This document shows, in pieces, positions 57,892 to 64,000 of a stretch of 64,000 nucleotides of DNA. The position numbers and the translations under genes were made by a program. Each line of letters opens with the position of its first letter. Position 1 is the stretch's first letter. The DNA is taken from positions 16,039-80,038 of IMG/VR virus record IMGVR_UViG_3300027419_000027. One strand, given 5' to 3'. The notes under the pieces are model-generated. The model was given only the letters and a program-made list of their open reading frames with translations, was not told where the DNA came from and did no database searches. This DNA comes from a virus (lineage: Duplodnaviria; Caudoviricetes).

Positions 57892-58419
57892 TCACCGAAT
57901 CATTTCCGCCTCGGCCCCTCGCAGTCGTCGCCGGAATTCCAGTCGCATGTCCACCAGTTCTTCCCGGGTGAACTGTCGCGAAGTGCGTTTCAGCTCCTCG
58001 AGTCGTTCGATTTCCTCTACGCCGCGAACCGATTCCATCCACAGCCGAAATGCCACCTGATTGCCAGACAGGTGCTTGTTGCAGTGCGAACACTGAGGGG
58101 CGACGTTGCATTCGTCCAGAACGATCGACGCTCGCCTCCCGGCGAGGAAATGCCCGGTCTCCATCTGTCCGTAGCCCTCGCCCCTCCAGGCTTTCACCGC
58201 TCCGCACGTCACACAAGCACACTGGCCAGTCGCGCGGAATACGAAACTCATTCGTCCGGCCACGACAGCAGGAAACATTCCCGCTGGCCTGGAAGCCGCC
58301 TCAGCGCGGATCATCTGCTGAAAGTCCTTCGCGACAAACCGATTGATGTAGGTGCCAATTTGGTATTGGCGGGCCGTCTCGATCATCCGGTCCCGCGGAG
58401 TTGTTTTCACTTTCGCCAT
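57892..58419 (-). CDS. NinG/Rap-like recombination endonuclease
   Basis: CVTCG, GHFL...NVAPQCSHCN..LSGN, G.EEIE.L. Confidence 0.85.
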   Translation of the reverse strand: MAKVKTTPRDRMIETARQYQIGTYINRFVAKDFQQMIRAEAASRPAGMFPAVVAGRMSFVFRATGQCACVTCGAVKAWRGEGYGQMETGHFLAGRRASIVLDECNVAPQCSHCNKHLSGNQVAFRLWMESVRGVEEIERLEELKRTSRQFTREELVDMRLEFRRRLRGAEAEMIR

Positions 58420-58649
58420 CACGCATCCTCCTTCATCCAGTAAAATTGCGTCCGTGCTTCCGGGACGAGTTTCTGGTCGACAACGGAATTCCAGATCGGA
58501 ACCGCCTTCTCGTCTCCCAGTTGTGCCGCCGCTTCTCGAACACGTCGGAGCGAGTCTGTTCCTCGTCGCCACACGGAGTGGTCGTCGGAATATGCGTAGG
58601 TCAGGTCGTGCTGTTCGCACATCGTGCGGAATTCTTCCTCAGTCATCAC
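58419..58649 (-). CDS. Hypothetical protein
   Basis: HDLTYAYSDD..VWRRG motif. Confidence 0.6.
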   Translation of the reverse strand: MMTEEEFRTMCEQHDLTYAYSDDHSVWRRGTDSLRRVREAAAQLGDEKAVPIWNSVVDQKLVPEARTQFYWMKEDA

Positions 58650-58669
58650 TCGCCGCCTTTCGTGTCGGA

Positions 58670-59845
58670 TTAGATTCGTGTCCCCATCGGTACGCTGACA
58701 TCCGTTCGTAGAGTCACGAGTTGCCGAACAACGTCGAGTTGCTCGGCTAGTTGAATCAGTGCCAGCCGTTTCTTTTCCTTGATCGATTCATCGCCGGATT
58801 TTGCAGCCGCAATCACGGCGTCCAGACTTCCGAATTGGATAATCAGATCCGTGGCGCCCTTCTCCCCAATCCCAGGCGCACCTTTGATTCCGTCGACGTT
58901 GTCACCCATGATGGCCTGAAACCCGGCCCACTGGTCTGGACGCAGCCCGGTCGTTTCGAGCAACTGTTTCGCCGACAGCCACTTGTACTTCGGCATCATG
59001 TCGCCCGTGGAAACGTCTTCCTCCCATTCCACGTCCTGGAGAATGTTGACTTTGTCGGAAAGGAGTTGCTTCAGATCCTTGTCCTGAGACAGCAAGGTCA
59101 CTCGCCCTTCGAACTGTTTCGCATACGAGGCCATGATGTCGTCAGCCTCAAATCCTTCCGCGGTCACACAGCAGAATCCGGCAGCCGCGAGAAGTTCCAC
59201 CACCAAGTTCAACTGGTTCGAGAGTTCCGGATCCTTCGGCGGGCGGTCCTTGTACTTCGCTTCCCAGTCCTCGGTGAGTTTCTTCCGGAAGTTCGTCCTG
59301 GAATCCAGGCAGCAGACGCAGTCTGTGAGCCCCTTTTCCTTGAGACGCTCGACGGTTCGACGAATCCATTCCGTCACACGCGAAGCGGCTTCCACGCCTG
59401 CCCCGGAAAACCAGTGCCGATGCAGGTGATAGTTCACGTCCACCGCCAGCAGCCACCTTGCCGCCGGCGGCGCCGTCCCTGCCTCGCGGCTTTCCTTTGC
59501 CGCCTTCCTTGATTCGTCGGTGGTCAATCCTTGGTCGACGATCTCCTGTAGTTTCCGCTGGCGATCTGGATCGTTCGCCAGTTTCATATACTGCGTCCAC
59601 GTCGCGGAAACTGTTCGGTCTTCTGGCCTGGGGTACGCCAGGGAAACAGCTTCACAGCGAGCAATGAGTCCCGGCGATACTTCGGGCGGAAACACCTGAT
59701 GCAAGGCGTCTTCACTGATCGCTCGGGCTCTCCTGGCAATGTCTCCAATTGCCCAATTGCAGAGCCGTTGAGCGTCGGCCCAGAATTGGGCGTGTTGCTG
59801 AAGTGTTTCCAGGTCATCGGGTAGGTCTGGTTTCAGTCCGCTCAT
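58670..59845 (-). CDS. 5'-3' exonuclease (PolI N-terminal/FEN family) with N-terminal helical extension
   Basis: VDVNY, LDSRTNFRK, FEADDI, SQDKD, GDNVDGIKGAPGIGEKGA. Confidence 0.9.
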   Translation of the reverse strand: MSGLKPDLPDDLETLQQHAQFWADAQRLCNWAIGDIARRARAISEDALHQVFPPEVSPGLIARCEAVSLAYPRPEDRTVSATWTQYMKLANDPDRQRKLQEIVDQGLTTDESRKAAKESREAGTAPPAARWLLAVDVNYHLHRHWFSGAGVEAASRVTEWIRRTVERLKEKGLTDCVCCLDSRTNFRKKLTEDWEAKYKDRPPKDPELSNQLNLVVELLAAAGFCCVTAEGFEADDIMASYAKQFEGRVTLLSQDKDLKQLLSDKVNILQDVEWEEDVSTGDMMPKYKWLSAKQLLETTGLRPDQWAGFQAIMGDNVDGIKGAPGIGEKGATDLIIQFGSLDAVIAAAKSGDESIKEKKRLALIQLAEQLDVVRQLVTLRTDVSVPMGTRI

Positions 59846-60654
59846 GTTGTCGCCCCATGGAACGGGATGTCGCTATCTGGCCCAGCCGGGTCGGTGGTCA
59901 TAGTGATGCGTTTCTGACACCGCTCCAGCACGTCGCGAGTCCAACAACTCACGTCAAAAACGGGTATGTCAGAAATGCTGCGAACGAATCGCTTGAAGCC
60001 CTCGCGTAGCTCGGCATTGTTTTTTACGTCCGTCGCGAATTTAGCACGCCACGCCTGCTTCACTTCTTCGAATTCCTCTTCCGTGATTGCTTCGATTTCT
60101 GGAGTTGCCCACGCCGGAAGTACTGGATCTTTCCAGTAGTACGCGCCTCCACCGTCCTGCTTCGAAAGCTTCGCCCAGTGCCACTGTTTGGTCGGCTGCT
60201 GTTCCGAAACCTCGGCGAATGTTTCGTCGAGGCGGTACAAATACCTGCCGATTCCCCACTGTGCCCCGGCGCGTTTCTCGCCTCCGCTGAAGCCGCCCTT
60301 GGCCGGCTCGATGTTCGTCGGCTCGCACACGTCCCACTTGGTTACCCATTCACTATCGATGCGAATTGACAGGCCGATGGCGAATGCCGACTTGGAGACG
60401 GGCTTCCCTTCTTTGTCGAACAGTTTCAGGTCGAGCAAGACGGGCTGCTCAGTACGCCAATTCTCTGGACCGCACACGTCATCGAGGCGTTTCTGAATCG
60501 CCCTGGCTGTCACGTAGGCAAGAACCTTGCAGTAAATTCCTTTCGGGTTCCGTCCAGAGTTGCTCGATGTCGATCGACCAAGCCCGCTTTGTGAAACCCG
60601 CCACTCTATGTCTTCGTCCGAAAACGGCTCAGCTAGTCTTGCCAAGTCCATCAT
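59842..60654 (-). CDS. Rad52/Rad22-like single-strand annealing protein (Sak-type)
   Basis: EPF...IEWR, AYVTARAI..RLD.VCG..NW, KGG.SG..KRAG..WGIGRYLY. Confidence 0.85.
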   Translation of the reverse strand: MMDLARLAEPFSDEDIEWRVSQSGLGRSTSSNSGRNPKGIYCKVLAYVTARAIQKRLDDVCGPENWRTEQPVLLDLKLFDKEGKPVSKSAFAIGLSIRIDSEWVTKWDVCEPTNIEPAKGGFSGGEKRAGAQWGIGRYLYRLDETFAEVSEQQPTKQWHWAKLSKQDGGGAYYWKDPVLPAWATPEIEAITEEEFEEVKQAWRAKFATDVKNNAELREGFKRFVRSISDIPVFDVSCWTRDVLERCQKRITMTTDPAGPDSDIPFHGATT

Positions 60655-60892
60655 GAATCTCCATCAGTGTCTGAAGTTTGTCGCACGCCACATCCCCATA
60701 AATCGAACGACTCTGAAGCATTTCGCGGATGCCATTGACGAGCGCACGATGCCGATGAACGCGTCGAAATCGCTCCGAGGTCGTTTCCTCGGGAGGCTCG
60801 AACTGACGCATGAATTCATCGTGGAATTTCTTCCACTTCTCGTAGGCGGCCCGCTCGGCTTCGCTTTCTATCCAGTCCTGGTAGCGGCTCAT
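60629..60892 (-). CDS. Hypothetical protein
   Basis: ATGA-coupled. Confidence 0.55.
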   Translation of the reverse strand: MSRYQDWIESEAERAAYEKWKKFHDEFMRQFEPPEETTSERFRRVHRHRALVNGIREMLQSRSIYGDVACDKLQTLMEIHDGLGKTS

Positions 60893-61119
60893 GGGCTCGC
60901 TCCGTCCAATATCCTCATAGCTTCTCGCAACGCGGCGATGTTGTAGTCGTCCACGTCGAACCTCTCGAAAAAGTCTTCAACGTCTTTGTCGCTCAGACCT
61001 TCCGCGGATCTCCAGCACTTCGCCGATTCCGATTTTGGCCACCTCGATGTGCCACCCTTCGCCTTCCCGTCGACCTCGATCAGGTCATCGCTACGTCCGT
61101 AGATTTTCACGCTTCGCAT
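60889..61119 (-). CDS. Hypothetical protein
   Basis: VKIYGRSDDLIEVDG motif. Confidence 0.55.
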   Translation of the reverse strand: MRSVKIYGRSDDLIEVDGKAKGGTSRWPKSESAKCWRSAEGLSDKDVEDFFERFDVDDYNIAALREAMRILDGASP

Positions 61120-61379
61120 TGTTTTCCCTCGCTGTACCCTTCGAAAAACACTCCTGCACTGACTTTGAAAAACGTCGCCAACTTCCAAAGCGTGTCTGCG
61201 GTCGGGGATGATAGCCCGTTCTCAATCTGGCTGATGTGGCCTGTCCCCAGCCCCGAGCCGTCGGCAACCTGTTGCAGCGTGATGTGACGATCTTTCCGCA
61301 ACGACAAGAGCACGGATCCAACATGCAAGGACAGGTGGCTTTTTGCGGTTCGAACTACTGGTTTCTGAAGTCGTCCCAT
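61107..61379 (-). CDS. XRE/Cro-C1 HTH regulator
   Basis: LRKDRHITLQQVADGSGLGTGHISQIENG...PTADTL.KLA.FF. Confidence 0.85.
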   Translation of the reverse strand: MGRLQKPVVRTAKSHLSLHVGSVLLSLRKDRHITLQQVADGSGLGTGHISQIENGLSSPTADTLWKLATFFKVSAGVFFEGYSEGKQCEA

Positions 61380-61446
61380 GTTCAGCTTTCTGCTTTATTG
61401 ACTGCCGCTTTCATGGTAGCGGCTTCGGATTCATGGTAGCGGCTCA

Positions 61447-61701
61447 TCACTTTCGCCACCCTTCCTTTGCGTGTTCAACAGCAATCGCTGTGTCGTATTC
61501 GGCAAGCGGACTCGGGCACCCGTGATACGCTCGCCTCATGCAGACGTAGCTGTAAGCACCGGTATTCCTTGATCCAGACATAGTTGCTCCACGATGTTGA
61601 TACTCACCGGGAGAGAAGCACAGGCGCCCGATGCAGTCGGCATCGAGGAAATCGTATTGGTGTTTTTCTCGCACTCGATGGAACTTCACTTCTCCCTCCA
61701 C
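61447..61701 (-). CDS. Cys-containing hypothetical protein (start uncertain)
   Basis: ORF track; DC.G.L...VC...GCP. Confidence 0.45.
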   Translation of the reverse strand: MEGEVKFHRVREKHQYDFLDADCIGRLCFSPGEYQHRGATMSGSRNTGAYSYVCMRRAYHGCPSPLAEYDTAIAVEHAKEGWRK

Positions 61702-61781
61702 TCAACTAACCTGTCGTGTGCCACGATGGCGAGGCACACCAGGAATAGGGCTATGATGAATCGCATGTCGTCCTCCGTGAC

Positions 61782-62114
61782 TTACTTGTCAGACATCTCG
61801 ATTGGATTAAACCAGTCGTCCTTGACGATGTGTCCAATGGCCTCGATGTGTTGGTCGTTGCCTTTCACACGAATCGTCTTCCCCTTCAGGTGATCCCACT
61901 GCGTCACCCCGGCAATTTCCATGACTCGCCAAATGAAATGCCCAGCGGGACCGTTGAGATTGTGGTGCGTAAATGACTTCGGCAGGTAGAGTGCGTATCC
62001 GCCAAATCCCTGCCCGCTTCCTCCGTAGTCGAGCTGAAGCCACGCAGACAGGCATCCGTGATCGTCTGTGGTGATCGTCGCACTTTCAATGATTGCGTTC
62101 TTGATGTTGTCCAT
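61782..62114 (-). CDS. Hypothetical protein
   Basis: AAGGA SD; GSGQGFGGY. Confidence 0.6.
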   Translation of the reverse strand: MDNIKNAIIESATITTDDHGCLSAWLQLDYGGSGQGFGGYALYLPKSFTHHNLNGPAGHFIWRVMEIAGVTQWDHLKGKTIRVKGNDQHIEAIGHIVKDDWFNPIEMSDK

Positions 62115-62124
62115 CGCTTTTCCT

Positions 62125-62301
62125 TTAGTTTTCCTCGACGAGCTTGGCGTACTCAACAAGATCCGGCCATTGATCGCACCAGTCCTGTGTCAGAAACCAC
62201 CGCCAGTACGAGTCGGGCACCTCTCCGAGACGCGAGCCCTTGTGCTTACCGAACGGCATCTTGTCGTCGTCATGTAGTTTCGTGCGGTTGCTAAGTCCCA
62301 T
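62125..62301 (-). CDS. DUF3820-like small protein
   Basis: [15 protein letters not shown]. Confidence 0.8.
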   Translation of the reverse strand: MGLSNRTKLHDDDKMPFGKHKGSRLGEVPDSYWRWFLTQDWCDQWPDLVEYAKLVEEN

Positions 62302-62318
62302 GATTCCGTCCTTAAATC

Positions 62319-62370
62319 GCCCCGGCCCGGCTAACCGACGCGGTGCGTTGGCGTTCACCGGGTCCAGGGC
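62319..62370 (-). promoter_or_regulatory. Long imperfect stem-loop in the leader of the DUF3820 gene
   Basis: GCCCTGG/CCGGGGC, CCCGG/CCGGG and GCCAACGC/GCGTCGGT nested helices. Confidence 0.55.
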
Positions 62371-62625
62371 CCAAGAACGACACTAGGAAGTGCCGCTAAT
62401 TACATTCGGAAGTGGATTGGCTTGCACGGGCCGGATTCGTGCGCCTCCATGTTTTGGGTGAGTTGCTCATATATGTCTTACTTGTGCGTGCATCGAATGC
62501 CTTAACTTGACATCTCAGCTTTGCCGGTCGACGGCTTACGTTGCCATGGCCAAGTCTCCTATCTACGAACAACATCAGAATCATTTCGCAGTCACTCACC
62601 AGGATCAGAGCTATTCATTACGTCG

Positions 62626-62787
62626 TAACATCCAACCGACGTTGGGCCCCCGACAGGCCCGAGCGTAGCTAAACGTAGCCGCTCGGGTATCTCCCGCATT
62701 TCGCCCACGGGACCGGGCAGTTAAGGTTTTCCTCTGGCCTCAAATATCGAGGCGCCGTCGCTGGGCCGTCTGGTCGCAGCAACGTTA
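62626..62787 (-). ncRNA. Candidate multi-stem structured ncRNA
   Basis: Closing helices TAACGT/ATGTTA, GGCCC/GGGCC and CGACGG/CTGTCG enclose several hairpins (GCCTCG/TGAGGC, CCCGAGCG/CGCTCGGG). Confidence 0.5.
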
Positions 62788-62831
62788 AAACGAATATGTA
62801 GAGGGTTGCCATCATTACTTCACCGTCCAAG

Positions 62832-62934
62832 TCCCAAGGGCAGGAATTGAACCTGCTAGCGGCAAGATTCGATTACGAGGCTGAATCCCGCGACTGCCAG
62901 GAAATCCGCGTTTCACCGTCAACGCCGCCTTGGG
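62832..62934 (-). tRNA. tRNA-like RNA with an expanded (31-nt) anticodon loop; identity undetermined
   Basis: Acceptor CCCAAGG/CCTTGGG+A, D-arm GCGT-TGACGGTGAA-ACGC, T-arm GCAGG-TTCAATT-CCTGC, GATTT/GAATC stem. Confidence 0.6.
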
Positions 62935-63070
62935 TAATGGGCATAGGGGAGGGACATCTCCCCTGACAGCCCACGCCGTTGTCCGCGTGTTCCCGCCGAG
63001 TGGCATGGTCCGCATCTCGGCTTCGCGCTCATCGCGTTCCACGGCTACACACTCGCGTTCAGGTTATTTC

Positions 63071-63292
63071 CTATTGCACCTCCGCTGCGTCCAATCGCTG
63101 CTCGATCTCGCTGAGCGGCATTCCATCGGCCATCATCCGCTGAATCGTCACCTCGCGACGGTCAATCCGTATTCCATCTGGTGCGGTGATGCCGATGAAT
63201 ACGTGCCTGCCTACGATTTTCTGAACAAACACTTGTATCCGGCCTCCATCGATGTCGATGGTTTCGCCTGGATTACGACTAAGCATCAACAT
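63071..63292 (-). CDS. csrA: Carbon storage regulator CsrA/RsmA homolog
   Basis: [15 protein letters not shown]...IQV.V..I.G..V.IGITAP..IRIDRRE. Confidence 0.85.
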   Translation of the reverse strand: MLMLSRNPGETIDIDGGRIQVFVQKIVGRHVFIGITAPDGIRIDRREVTIQRMMADGMPLSEIEQRLDAAEVQ

Positions 63293-63545
63293 TGCTCGAT
63301 TCCTTTCGTTTGATTGCATTCACAGCTTCTTCGATCCTCTCCCACATATGGCAGCACATTTCGCTTGGACATTGCGATTCGTCAGCCATTTCACAGTCGC
63401 ACCGAGTGCGCAAGTCGGCAATGACACTCCGCATCCGGTCGATCTCGTCAGCCGCTTCCTCGATCATCTTCGCCGCCCCATCGCATTCCGGGTCGGCTCG
63501 CATCAGGGTTGCTAATGCTCGCAGGTCTTTCGTTGATACGCTCAT
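63279..63545 (-). CDS. Hypothetical protein
   Basis: ATGA-coupled; [12 protein letters not shown] helix. Confidence 0.55.
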   Translation of the reverse strand: MSVSTKDLRALATLMRADPECDGAAKMIEEAADEIDRMRSVIADLRTRCDCEMADESQCPSEMCCHMWERIEEAVNAIKRKESSNVDA

Positions 63546-64000
63546 TGCTTCGCTCGTCTGAGAATTTTCGGCGAACTATCGCCGTCGATTACGTAGGCCG
63601 ATAACGTGTCGATAGCCCATTGCCACAACGGATCTCCGGACAACGCAACGAAATGACTCCAACACCAGTCGCGACTAACGAGTATCAAGCCGGCTACCTT
63701 TCGTTTCTCGATGTCGTCGCCGGAAGCGCGAAGCAGCAATTCGGCTATCGTGTCGTGGGATTGCCAATTGAGGTTGGCACCGTCGAGGTTGGCACCGTCG
63801 AGGTAGGCACCGCGGAGGTTGGCACCGTCGAGGTTGGCACCGCGGAGGTAGGCACCGCGGAGGTTGGCACCGTCGAGGTAGGCACCGTCGAGGTTGGCAC
63901 CGTCGAGGTTGGCACCGTCGAGGTTGGCACCGTCGAGGTAGGCACCGCGGAGGTTGGCACCGTCGAGGTTGGCACCGCGGAGGTAGGCACCGCGGAGGTT
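63542..64000 (-). CDS. Pentapeptide-repeat protein (5'-truncated by the window)
   Basis: Frame open from 64000: (N/Y)L(R/D)GA x15, then [19 protein letters not shown]...RRAKQ*. The ORF track shows the wrong frame for the repeat. Confidence 0.9.
   Translation of the reverse strand, partial: NLRGAYLRGANLDGANLRGAYLDGANLDGANLDGANLDGAYLDGANLRGAYLRGANLDGANLRGAYLDGANLDGANLNWQSHDTIAELLLRASGDDIEKRKVAGLILVSRDWCWSHFVALSGDPLWQWAIDTLSAYVIDGDSSPKILRRAKQ
63776..64000 (-). repeat. 15-bp coding tandem repeat, at least 15 copies
   Basis: Unit (a/t)acctc(ga/cg)cggtgcc. Confidence 0.95.

Noticed and set aside
63745-63990. ORF-track 'PTSTV' repeat protein
   Set aside because: Wrong frame. The pentapeptide frame is continuous with the downstream gene.
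1-64000. Prophage/integrase, DNA polymerase, alternative genetic code, DGR
   Set aside because: No integrase, polymerase, reverse transcriptase or TR/VR pair was recognised, and genes are intact under code 11. These functions could lie outside the window.

Overview
The whole window is part of a tailed dsDNA phage genome that extends past both ends. No host genes, integrase or CRISPR array were seen. The + strand (1-35608) carries the virion module: terminase large subunit, a small promoter/terminator-bounded cassette, portal, scaffold and major capsid. It continues with head-completion and decoration genes, an 8-gene glycosyltransferase/methyltransferase/radical-SAM cluster, a tail-nozzle-like gene, Cys-rich proteins and a 3049-aa polyvalent internal virion protein. 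The - strand (35621-64000) carries early/middle genes (pentapeptide-repeat protein, CsrA, Rad52-like annealase, 5'-3' exonuclease, NinG, RlmN-like radical SAM, SF2 helicase, Dam). These are followed by a protease-rich putative lysis block and SGNH/LamG tail-fibre genes. Scaffold-based assembly, no obvious tape measure and large internal proteins suggest a podovirus-like virion. A planctomycete-like host is an inference only. Best leads: (1) two out-of-frame ORFs nested in the giant gene with identical RBS context; (2) a glycosylation/methylation cluster next to virion proteins with Ser/Thr/Pro tails; (3) a cluster of structured RNAs, including a tRNA-like element with an expanded anticodon arm; (4) a putative lysis block with peptidases and no recognisable endolysin; (5) a repeated promoter/RBS cassette with a candidate sRNA; (6) an RlmN-like enzyme lacking the resolving Cys. 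All assignments come from motif reading by eye; no searches were run.
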